Assembly: GCA_905178155.1 (NCBI GenBank)
Contig: CAJINV010000025.1
Location: 102,453 to 166,452, forward strand
Direction: 5' to 3'
Length of the DNA: 64,000 nucleotides
Source: Amoebophrya sp. A120
Taxonomy: Eukaryota > Protista > Dinoflagellata
Shown: one piece after another, positions 24,716-35,908 of the stretch
Numbering within the stretch: the stretch's first letter is position 1
How the letters are laid out: each line of letters starts with the position of its first letter
Notes under the pieces: generated by a model
The model's input: only the letters and a program-made list of their open reading frames with translations
Databases searched by the model: none
What the model was told of the DNA's origin: nothing
Program-made: the position numbers and the translations under genes

Positions 24716-25522
24716 CGTCGTCTACCGGTATTTATCCTCCTTGGCAAGGCTGGGCGAGGAGTACGATTTATTTCTGTAGCGCCGGGCAAAATAGAGTCTG
24801 TTTTTTTTCGAAGAAGATCAGAAAGTGCCCCCTCTGGCAAGTTGCGGAAGGTGCATCAAGGGTCTATCAGTAGATAAAAAGCCGCTTCTGCGCTGTGGAA
24901 GTATGCCAGCTGTACTTACACAGAAGCCGAATGATCGTCCGCGCGCTTATGAATACGAGAGTCACGCTCACGTTCCGAGGGCGCACTATACGATTTTTTT
25001 TTTTTTGTGCTAGTTTTTGCTTTAGCTTGAGTTGGTTTCTGATTTTGCTTTTGTCTTTTGTTCGCTGTGCGCTTTGCACAAATAAGGGCGAGAGACGCGA
25101 AAAAATAGCAGCAGGGGCAGAGTGATGGTTTCGTGAAAAACGACAGAGTTGTTGAGTGAAACTTATCTGAAAAACGTAGCTTAACCCAGCAGGTTTCCTC
25201 GATGACAAAAAGTTGATCCAGTGCTTCGTCAATCGTCGGCCATATAACTCGATGCCCAACTTCGACAGTAGATATTGTGCAACAGTATTGTCATGCTCAT
25301 GGTGTTGAGTAGCGCTACTTAGTATCTTATGCGTCCACGCCGATCACTGCATTGGTAGTTCTCCTCCCCTTTAGTAAATTTTTTTTGTACTACTCTAACT
25401 TCCTCGAGAGAAAATTGATTCTTTGTTCTAGTGAATACTTCACTCTAGAAGTTTTGCTGTTACTTATTCGAAAGATGAGGAAACGACTCTGACCCAGATC
25501 CACGACGATCAGATCTGCCGAC

Positions 25523-26439
25523 ATGTTCCGCGCCCTATTAGAACAAGTCAAAACCGCCGGGCGAGTGTGGCTGCGCCGAGGACCACCTGGCAGTGGTCTT
25601 TCGGATTCCGACTCCGAGTCGCTGTCTTCGGAAAGCGACGTCCATATCGACGAAGCCCTCGTCGTCGCACGGTGGGAGAGGGTAGGAAACCACGCGATGA
25701 AGCGAATGCGGCGCGAGCGGGTCAGCGTTCCGTCTCTGGAAGTCATCGAGGGCTGGGCAACACTCGCCGTGCGGCTTTTGAGGAGAAGCCTGATTTTGGG
25801 CGAAGATGAGAATGAAGAAGCGAAAAGTGTGGCACTTGATGCAAAAGACCGATCTGTGGTGCTTCAGCACCCAATTCACTTCAGGGACGCTACGGGTGAG
25901 CTGCTTGTGCAAGGTAACTACGCTGAAATTAGCACGTAAAAGTAATCTGGATGCTGGCCGTTTATTTGGTATGCGCAATTCTACTGCAAATTTTACAACA
26001 TCGACATTTATTTCAATTTATAGACAAAACGTAGTCGTGTTGATCGGATCACTTAACAGAAATTTCAACTTTTGAGGTTGCGGACCGGCAAACGCGTCTC
26101 CTGAGGAGTACCGAAACGAATTCCTCTACCGAGCTAAACACGCTTCGTCGCAGCCAGTGCCACAAGAGTGCTACGACATGCTGAAGAGCCCGGACCACAG
26201 CCCGTTGCCGCACGTGGATACCGACACGACAGTCCCGAATAACACGGGCGCTTTGCTTCGATATCGGGTGGTTTGCCGATTCCCGGTGCACGCACGAGGG
26301 GGACCCAACCAGCAAGCGCGCGAGCGCATCAAGGCAGACGCAAAACTGCTAAGTGCGCCAATCGACGCCCGCATCTCTTCAATCGCCGTTATGCAGGGGG
26401 ACCGCTTCACCGATCACAACGTACAGCAGGGGGCCCGGC
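25523..26439 (+). pseudogene. 5' part of an unknown gene in cargo 2, cut off by array repeat 3
   Basis: ATG ORF 25523-25939 plus a second open frame from ~26157 running into the repeat. Confidence 0.5.
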
Positions 26440-26482
26440 GATCGCCGGTATGGAAGCGATCTTCAAGGTGCTCAACGATCCG
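26440..26482 (+). repeat. array repeat copy 3
   Basis: 43-bp match. Confidence 0.95.
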
Positions 26483-27166
26483 TGTTACCGAACGATAGAA
26501 CACAGACGAGGTCCGTATTGAAGTTCAGTTTTCATTTGTTGAGATTCCCAAAAGACTGTTCGTTTTTCATGAGAAGTGTTCAGCTTCGAATTCGTTTCGC
26601 GCATGAGAAATCATGTTTCTCGTTCTTCTTTCTCATCGTGGAAAAAACAATTCTCGCTTCACAAAAAACAAAAACAGAATTTGATTTTTCTTTGCGATTC
26701 AGTGCGGAGTCACACCAGTATAAAAATAAAAAAAGAGTAAAAAAATTGAGGTATACTTACTTCAATTTTGTGGAAAATGTGTGACATTCTTGAACTCTTA
26801 CTTTTTGCTATATGGAATTTTTTTGATCGTGTGCTATTGCAAATCTTGTACAAGTTTGTTGGCTGATAGGCTGTTATGGTGAAGAGAGACTGTTCATGGT
26901 ATGAACCTGCTCTGACTGGCTTTCGATCGTGCTAGAAATCGTTTTTATGAATTCATGAACTTTGTGTACAGGAGTTTGGTCTTGAGTCACAGAGCTTTTA
27001 CTTTTATGTGTTTACTTTTCTATGATTGCAATCATGACTGTTGTGTGAAAGTTTCAATATTTTATTGTACAATTGGCCGGCAAAGACTTGTGCATAATTT
27101 CGTTCTTTTACTTTGAACTTAATTACGAAAAAACTAAATCTGTGATGCTAATTTTGCAAAATTTTT

Positions 27167-27808
27167 TTACTCTACATATGCTATCTGAATTTCGTTTGTT
27201 GACATTGCCCGCTCTAGTAATGACTCAGACTTACTTTTGGTGAGTTCGTCCGAGTAATTGAGATGCGAAGGGCAATGTAGTAGGTAGTCGACATGTCGTT
27301 CTTGCAGTGCCTCGCGCAAAACTGCCATTTCTAGCTGCAGGCGTTTCGAGCCGAGGTTGATATTGCATGCACGAGTGTGATCAATGATCGACCCGCAGTC
27401 CGTAACTAGGACCAGCGGGATGTTACGACCAAGGATCTTACTTAGAATGTTTTTGATACTAAACGCGCGGTCGACGACTTGCACAAGCATGACAGTCTCT
27501 GCCTGCAAGGTCGAAGTGCAAACGCGCCTAATGCGCTTACTACTAGGGTGGATCAGATTCGCTTTGATGGTCTCAGTGCGAATCTGTGTGTCCCGGTGGA
27601 TTTTAGGTAACACCCCGGGCTTGTGCTTTTTCAAAAAGTTTGGCATATGGGCGAACCAAATACATGACCCACCTTGCGTTTTGCACCCCTCCAGATTGTT
27701 CAGCGAGGCATCGCAAAATGCGACGATGCACAAGTTGGACAAATCCAGAGGCACAAGGCGCCACACTAGCGAAGATGTATTTTTCAAATTGCGAATAATC
27801 TTATTTAG
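27167..27808 (-). mobile_element. Ty1/copia pol fragment (RNase H), 5'-truncated, in cargo 3
   Basis: AFCDAS, RRVCTSTLQAE, VTDCGS, KRLQLEMAVLRE, NYSDELTK match the copia RNase HI motif order. Confidence 0.88.
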
Positions 27809-28030
27809 CTAGCGACCTGCACGCTTCCCCCCACGCAGGCTCCGCAGCCGGTGTCCTTGATGCACGTGGTCGGATTCAGCTGCGGGTGAGACAAGAACGC
27901 CTCGTACTGCAGGATGGAGAAGAAGGTGGTGGCCATCAGGGCGTCGTAGGTCAGCCCCGCGGCGTCCGGAGATGCGCCGCCATAGAAGGATGGGACTACT
28001 TTGCTGTTGCTGGCATTACTGGTGGTCGGT

Positions 28031-28064
28031 TATGGAAGCGATCTTCAAGGTGCTCAACGATCCG
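28031..28064 (+). repeat. array repeat copy 4; GH128 frame resumes
   Basis: 34-bp match followed by QYFVNGMRTVQYVSWF. Confidence 0.95.
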
Positions 28065-29738
28065 CAGTACTTTGTGAATGGCATGCGCACGGTGCAGTAT
28101 GTGTCCTGGTTCAACTACGACAACACCGGTGGAAGCTTCGACCTGCGGCTGATCGAGGACACCGGGGGCAACGTGCGGCCGCTCGGAAAGCGGTACGCGG
28201 AATTGTGCGAAGAACACCGCGGTGGGCTACCTGCCGGCCGGTGAGTTTTTTTTTTCTTGGTTTGTTTTCGTTTTTACGCGAATGCAAGTACGAGTTGTAC
28301 CGCAATACGTCGAGCAGGGAGGAAGATACGAGTAGACGAAGTCAAGTACACTATTAGCTTTTTTTTCAAACATGCGTCTCGCGCTTTCACTATTCGGGTT
28401 CGGAACGTATCTAGTATCATTTTAGCGCAAGAAGAGACGCGCCGTTTTAGAGTTTTTGTTTTGAAGATTTTTGCAGAGTGAGCTCGCGAAGATGCGAGAG
28501 CTACTATTCAGTTCCGGTTTTTTTAACAAGTATTTTGCACTTTTGAAAAACATTAAGCGGATGTTTATTTTTTTTTACTTCACATCACATTCAGATTCAC
28601 ATCACATTTTTTGAGTACTAAGCGACTTTTTGTTTTTTCATTCTTTCTTTCATGTTGTGCCGAGCCTTGCCCGAAGTAATCTGTAGCATCGTTGTTCCGC
28701 TTGAATGCCTATAACATTCTGATTTTCCGATAAGGTGATGGTAGAGATAAGAACCAGTACACCTACCGTATTGACCGTTTCACCTGATACTCTTTCCAAT
28801 CATCTGAATTGCCCCTTTCTATTTTTCCGCTAGATTTCCTTCTAGAGTTTGAATTTCGCGCCCCCCCCGCACTTCGAACAATGCTGTTTCGCTGGCCACA
28901 AAATTTTCGCCCCAACATCAGCAACAAGAAAACGCCCCCGTAAAACAAGAAAACAAATAATTTCAGCATCCCATGCTTGTTCACATCAGTAAAAGCAAGT
29001 GGATTATGCGGTTCGTGATTTGATGTTCGTGGAAAGAAAAGAAACCGAAAGTGATTTGTTTGGAACGAAGTTCCTCTTCGGACTGCTACTGGAACAAATG
29101 GATGTCAAAAACGTCACAAAATGGGCCGTGGGATGAGGACGATGAAATCTTCGCACCAGAATCATTAAAGATCTTCATCTTGTTGTTTAGGTTATCCGAA
29201 ATATCGATGCGAAGAACTACGAACACCGTAGCTGACACGCTTCAAGTTGTCAGCAAATATATGCTTAGCAAGTTAGTTCCTTTCAACTACAAAAGAAGAT
29301 CATCCAAATGGGCAATCAAAACTTCCATCTTCTTAGGCCGGTATACGCCAAGGGTAGTGGTTGTTCGCAAGCTCCAGCACTTTCGATTGGGTCGTATTGG
29401 AGACTGCGTAGTTAAGTTTCTTCTCTTGCTCTGATTTTCTCGGATGTTAAAAAGGAGATCTACAACAAACAGCGATGAATTCGGACTAGTAGGCATTTGT
29501 GTTTCTTTTACACTTCCGTTTGCTCGTTTACAATTGTACCGAAGAACGTGGTCTCATCCATATCTCCTCTGCCTAGTTTCGTGGTCTCAATCACACGAAA
29601 AGTTGACTGAGCAGAAGTTGGGCGCTAGGTCGTGTAAAAAGTAGTAGATCTATCACTTCTAGAAAGGTTTTCAAGGAAGTCGTTTGTCAACATCCCTCTG
29701 GTCATCTTCTTTTAAGAAACACCAACCCCAAGTAAACA

Positions 29739-30753
29739 ATGGCGAGCAAGCGCGGGGCATCCAAGGATCACGCGACGACCACCGAGTCGGAGGCAGTGGT
29801 GCCGGTTAAGAAGCAAAAGACGAACGACACCGCCGATGGTGCGCCGGCGAAGGAGGAACAGTCCACAGCCCTCGCCCCCAAGAGGGTCTTCGATCTGCCC
29901 TGGTGGGGCCGCATCAACACCGACAACAAGCCGCAGAAGTTTGTGTCGCGCATGATGGGGGAGGCGAAGAAGATCTTCATCCTGAAGGAGCATGACCCGG
30001 AGCAGAAGATGCTGATATTCGACGAACCCGTGTTGCCCGACCTGTCCCGGTGGACGTTTCTCTACAAAACCGAGTCGATCGACAAAGACAGCAAACTGCA
30101 CAAGCAGCTGAAGTCGCACAACCTCGCTGGGGTCCGGTTTGAGATCAATGTGCCGGACGAGTTTCCGATGATGCCCCCCAACCTGCGCGTCGTCCACCCG
30201 AAGCTGTCCGGCAGCTATGTGTTCTCTGGCGGCGCGATCTGCTTCGAGGCGTTGACCCCGAAGGGCTGGGTGATCACCATGACGCTGGCCTCGCTGGCCG
30301 TGGCGGTGGTGGCCTTGCTGGCGGACTCGGACCTGCCCGTATCAAATGCAAATATGTCTGGGTCTGGAAGAGCTGGAACTTGTGATGCAAACTCTGGAAC
30401 ACACAAAAACTTGTGTTGCATGAGCGCCAAAAGCTGTCCATTTCTTGGTACGCAAGTAGGAAGTTTCTCATGCGGGACAGGCATCATGAGGCGTGCTCAA
30501 GACCTGTGATGCTTTTGCCTGCATCAGACGCCATTTGCGTGATCCGAAATATGCATGACAAATCTCGCAATCTTCCAGACCCAGACGTTTTTACATTTGA
30601 TACCCCGCGCAAGTGACCGATGTGGGCGACATGAAGACGCTGACCGTGCCCGGGTACACCCGCGAGGCTGCGGCCAGGGAGGCAAAACAAATCGCGAGCG
30701 CGCACCGGGGCGGCAGTTCGTGGAGTCAGTCGATCGCGAATATGAAGAAGTAA
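29739..30753 (+). CDS. ubiquitin-conjugating enzyme E2, UBE2Q-like; 2 exons
   Basis: VPDEFPMMPPNLRVVHPKLSGSYVFSGGAICFEALTPKGW; spliced tail GYTREAA..HRGGSSW resembles the UBE2Q C-terminus. Confidence 0.88.
30340..30602. mobile_element. introner family A, TSD gcccg/ccccg
   Basis: TIRs; removal gives LPAQVTD. Confidence 0.92.
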
Positions 30754-32577
30754 AAAACGCGGTTCGACTTCGACCACCTCTCGATTGAGACGATTGGGGG
30801 ATGTGCTTCCCACAACTTACGAGAAGTAGTTGTACCTAGCATCCTCGTCCTACTTATGGTCGTATTGAAAATGAAACAGTAACAGCCAGTAATTCAAGTT
30901 ACTCCTCCTCCACCTAAAAAAGCAAGATTTCGTTTTATCATATACCACTCCAAGAGCAGCAAATACAAATAGCAAGCAGAAGCACAAGCAAGAGCAGCAA
31001 GCTAGCAGCTGCAGAAATAACGCAACGACTCAATCGAAACTAGTGAAAACTGGTTTATTATATAAGATTTCCACATCGACAAATCACTTCCTCTCTGCTC
31101 ACCAAGAGAGACAATTGACAACAAGCTTAAGTAACTCCCATTGATTTGAAAACGTTTACATCACGGCACTGTTCTCCTTAACCCACCCCCTTCAGGCAGC
31201 AGGATGAACAAAACCAACTGTTACTATGATCGCAGCGACTCACTCGTCTCTATTCTCAAACTCAATCTTATTCGCAATAAAGCAGCCAGATTTAGATTTT
31301 CTACTGTGGATGAAAACCATCTTCACACAGTTTCACTTCCCGGATTTTACTAGTATTCGAAGTAGATGTCATCTGACTTTGCAAGGCCCAGTCTCGCCCT
31401 AGACTGGCTCTACAAGAACTACTTCGTCGACTGTTGAGGCGGAAAAAAAAACGGGATGAAACGCTGTGCCAAAAAAGCAAAATAAAACAAAAACTACCGA
31501 GATTTTTTTGGAAATAAATCACCCCCATCAAAAGCCGTCGTTGGAGGTTTTTCCGGGAAAATGAAAGTCTGCGATGCGAAAAGACAAAAAACGACTTAAT
31601 TTTAACGCGCAATATTCATTATCGTATTACCTCTTCCAAAGTGAAAATGATCGTGTGATGAAAAGCTTGGTTATTTTCTTCAGCGAAGCCACGCAATTCG
31701 TGTACAGAACAGAGCCTATGGATGTTCCAGCGGTCTTTTGTGTGTCGATCTGTTTGCAGTGATGGAAAAATCTCGTGGTCGCCCTGGAGCTGCAGGTGCG
31801 TGGCTTCAGTTTCGAGTCCGAGTTGGTGGGCAGATATACGCCCATCGCTCGATCCTTCCAAGTCCAAAAAACTTACGATGGTGTCTTCAGGCCTCATCTG
31901 GGTGGAATGATAAAAAAATCTTGAGAGTACTAGATCATCAACTCAGTGTGCTGCGCACGGAATCTTCAATGCCATCAAGCAGGATTTGTTGACGGGGCCG
32001 TTTTAGATGATCCCTACAGTGTTTCTATGGTGCCTGCTTGAGACGCTGCTAAAAGAACGGAGGATGAAGATCATGTGGTTTGATTCAAAAATAAGAATTG
32101 CAGGAGCAGGCCATCATGGTAAAAAGAAGTACCGCATTTCCTTATCCTTTTCCTTTGTTGTGTTGCGAAGCGATCGCTTTTTTTTACGACGAAAATCAAT
32201 ACAATTTTCTCGTTGAAGATTCCATCAGTTCCATTTCCAAGCGCTCTCCTCTTTCCTATCCAGGCGACAGTGACACCATCACTATATGAACAAACTACGA
32301 TCTGGGTAGTCGTAGTTCTTGCAGTCTAGGTCGGCAGATGTCCTCGTGTAGTGCGTAGGCCAGCAGGAAATTGGTTTAGCTCCATGCCCATTCTTTAGTA
32401 AGCTTCTTGCTAGATGACACAAGGTCGAAGGCGCCCGAACAAGCTCCCCGCCCGCTACCACAGAAATCGTTGAGTAACTGGTATTATTGAAGAGAGAACC
32501 TCGTCATGATCCTTGCTTAATAGTGCGAGACGTGGTAAGTAGAAAAGCTGCTGAGTGCTGACACAAGAAAACTAAAA

Positions 32578-35273
32578 ATGGACTTCGACTACGATTCTGA
32601 CAACCCCTCTTCCGGGGAGGAGGACAAGCAGGCCGGAAAAAAATCTACTGCGAGTAGGAGTCCGGGGGCGGGTAAGAAATCTCTACCCTCGTCGCCGAAG
32701 CGAGTATCGTCGCCGCAGCATCAAAACCAACCTGCAAAGCCGAACAGCAGCACGGCGGCAGCGTCCTCTGCAGTTCCCGGGCAGCTGCCGACAGCGGCAT
32801 CGTCAACAGCATCTTCGTCTTCACTCGCAGTAGCAAGAGTTGCGATCGCTTCGACAGGTTCTTCAGGCTTAGGAACTACAACTAGTACATCATCAGCGGT
32901 CCCCACGACTACAACAGCAGCCCTTCGCCTGGAGGATATCCCAGAAATCACGAAGCAGCGCTTCCTCACGTCCCGCTCGCGGATAGACAGCACGGCCAAG
33001 TCCTCGCTTCCAACGTTCGTCTGCCTCCTGTGCGGCGCCACGTTTTCCAAACGGTCGCAGCTGGAAAACCACCTCTATTTCGAGGCGCACAGTAAGGAAT
33101 TGCGGGAATTTGCCGTCGCCGCGAGCAACGCCAAAGCGGCCCGGGGAAAGCAAGAAAATAAGCTAAGGCAAGGGTACATGCAGAGCATCGGCAGCACCCA
33201 GTTGTCCTCCGCAGCAAACAAGACGTCGGCGCCGACGAAAATAAATCGCAGTAGGAGCCGGAGCCGCAGTCCAGGGAATAAAGAGAAAGGCACTAGTGGA
33301 GCAGGTACTAAGGCTATTCAGTCCGAGGCCGCGGACATCATTAAACAAAATTTCGAGCATATGGAAGCGTCAGGATTGAAATCGTCAAAGTTGAAATAGT
33401 TTGTGATGCATAAAGCGCAGCCCACAAAGTGCCTGTCTTGCAGACTAGGCAAGGGAGGCAGATTGTAAGCCTGTTCTTCAGGGGTAGCAATAGAGCTCCT
33501 GAAGTAGCATGACAAAAGGCGTCTTCCTTACCCAAACAGCATTACAAACTGGATTTCGGCTCTACCCAAATTTGTCATGCGCCACTTGAAAACTAGGCGG
33601 CAACTGGTATTCATTTTATGCATGGCAAATCGTTTCAGCTTTGTCGATTTCAATCCTGACACCCCCATAGAGCAGGAACGGCAGCGCATCGAGAACGAGA
33701 AGCGGAAAAAGGAGAAGGCGAAGATCGATTTTTCGCTTGAGGCGGTGCTCGGCGGCAACATGAACATTCACGCACCGAAGAAGCCGGTGAAAACTTATGA
33801 ACTGCAAAAGTATCGTACTCGTATAAATGCATTACAAATTATTGCCTCCGCGTGAGAAATGAAATTTGTAGTGCGGATTTACGATAAGAAAAAAATTTGT
33901 AATGCAAGACTTGCATTTATACGAGTGCGATACTTTTGCAGTGGATAAAACCACTTTGAATGTGAAGGAGGTGGCGAGCCGGGACGAGTTTGGTATGATT
34001 GCGCAGACCGAGGCACAGAAAAAAGCGTTCGAGATATCCCGTATAAAAACATCCCCGCCCCAGAGTTGCCATGCAATTCTGCATGCCAAAAAAGTTTCTC
34101 ATGCGGAGCCCTATGAGAAGCATTTTCTATTCGTGTCTTGAAATTTGTGATGCTACAATCAGAACGCTATGCTAGATCTGTGATGCTACTGAAGTAGCTA
34201 AACAGGATTACACTACGAGGACAAACTTGTCATGCCCAACAACCAAAGCTGGCTGATTTGTCTAGCAGATTTCCTATCTTGGCTCTGGTGCGCGGACGTT
34301 TTTACACAGGATAGCAGAAGCGGCTGGAATTCGAAAAAGAGATGATTTCCGCCGAGACGCTGCACAAAAACGACAAGGAGGCGGGGTTGCTGGATCCGGA
34401 CATCTATCCAGTGCAAAAGTATCGTACTCGTATTGCAGTTATGCATTACAAATCTTTTTGTCAAGGTAAATCCGCATCACAAACTTCGTTTCTCATGCCG
34501 AGAAAATTTGTAATGCATTTATACGAGTGCGATACTTTTGCAGTGCATAACATCAAGCAGAAAATCATACGCCAGATGCAGCTCTCCTTCGTGGGCTCAA
34601 ACGTGATGAAGCTGCCGAAGAAAGAAGCGCGGTTATCGAAAGGAAAAATCCCCCTCCCCATATCAAAACGAAATTCCTGATGCTGGATTTGTGTGCACAA
34701 ATCCGAGCTGTCTTGCTTGAGAGCACTGCAGGCCCATTATACCAAGTGTGAGTAGAGAGGTTTTGGCCTAGGCGCTTAGCATGGAAAACATCCGCGCTGT
34801 AGGCCCAACAGCATGACAAACCGCCTGCGCAATCCGGCGGCTGTCTGCGGAGTTGCTTTCTTGCAAGACGGACGCGATTTGTGGCCACAAATCAGCATCA
34901 CAAATTTCCAAAAGTATACCTTTTCAGTATGAGGGAGGTGGATTTTTCCTTTTGATAGCGGTGCATTCTCTGCCGCGAGAAGTTTGCGAATTACGAGCTC
35001 GCGGAGAAACACTGTCTCGAAAAACACGACGAGGAATTTTCGAAAAAGTACCTGGCGAGATGGCAGGAGTTCATCCAAACGTGGTGCGTGGAGAAAAAGA
35101 ACAGAATTCTCGGCAAGGAGGAGGTGGAGGAGCGGAACACGCAGTGCCCGGTCTGTCGGATTCACTTCGGCAACCTGGACAAGCACTTGGGGAATGAGGT
35201 ATGGCTGAAGAAGGACCACGCACACACGCGCGTCTTCTTCGCGGGGTTTAAACATGAGGAGGAGGATGATTGA
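32578..35273 (+). CDS. C2H2 zinc-finger protein, 6 exons (3' end may extend)
   Basis: CLLCGATFSKRSQLENHLYFEAH; spliced CILCREKFANYELAEKHCLEKH; CPVC..H; five introners remove in frame. Confidence 0.8.
33360..33669. mobile_element. introner family C (gtcaggattgaaatcg), TSD gagca
   Basis: ~37-bp TIRs, perfect duplication. Confidence 0.92.
33796..33947. mobile_element. introner family S, TSD aaact/aaacc
   Basis: TIRs, frame restored. Confidence 0.9.
34035..34313. mobile_element. introner family B, TSD cgaga/gcaga
   Basis: TIRs, frame restored. Confidence 0.88.
34405..34549. mobile_element. introner family S, TSD acatc
   Basis: TIRs, perfect duplication. Confidence 0.92.
34634..34957. mobile_element. 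introner family D, TSD gcggt
   Basis: TIRs, perfect duplication; restores zinc finger. Confidence 0.92.
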
Positions 35274-35908
35274 TAATCAAAGTGCTAGAACTTCTGATGC
35301 TGTCATGCCGTACAAGGGGCTGGTGCTCTCTGATGCGGGCTTCAGCAACACAAGTTTCCTGACCCAGACATCGAGTAATGAAGTGTGGACGTCGCGTAAG
35401 TAAGTATACCCTCAGGACGAGCTCCACCCTTGTAAGTATTGTCTAGTCAAATTATTGATGCTGCAACCACGACGACCCTTCAATTTTTTCTCGTGAAAAA
35501 AACTGATCCACCAACATAGTAAAATATGGCCCACAGCCGGTACAACTTCTACCCAGTGTACTTGTATCTATATAAAGTTTCGCTTTCATCTAATTGATGC
35601 CGTGTTCTGGCCGTCTGCTCGGATGATCCTAGATCAGTGCTTCCTCCGAGAAAAAAAAAATTTGTTCCAATCGTAGCTCCACCTATGTCGTATTTTTTTT
35701 TCGGTTTGAGTTTATTCAGTGTCCCATCGTCGTTGCAGTCGATAAACTGATCGTTTCTTTTTTTCGGTATCATCCTCGTTTCACACGACAGCTATTTGCT
35801 TATTTGTCGCCGTTACTACTTCTACCTGGTGAAATCTTGAATATTGAATCAAGATGGTCTAATTTGCTGTTTCGCGCAACAATTGGCAGCATCATCCACA
35901 GGACCAGC

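Larger units (their letters stand above)
20754..28244 (+). pseudogene. GH128 (Glyco_hydro_cc) beta-1,3-glucanase-like gene, frameshifted and split by a 3-cargo array
   Basis: Spliced motifs WWWNW, FIPNSWG, GWNEPD, DYINFHFY, MLTETG, QYVSWF, GNVRPLGKRY in GH128 order; frame changes near 21810-21856, ~22535 and ~22620; last exon resumes at ~28065. Confidence 0.8.

Noticed and set aside
22787-28064. CRISPR array or integron
   Set aside because: The repeat is exonic host sequence, spacers are kb-sized and unequal, and no cas or integrase gene is visible; the comparison is architectural only.
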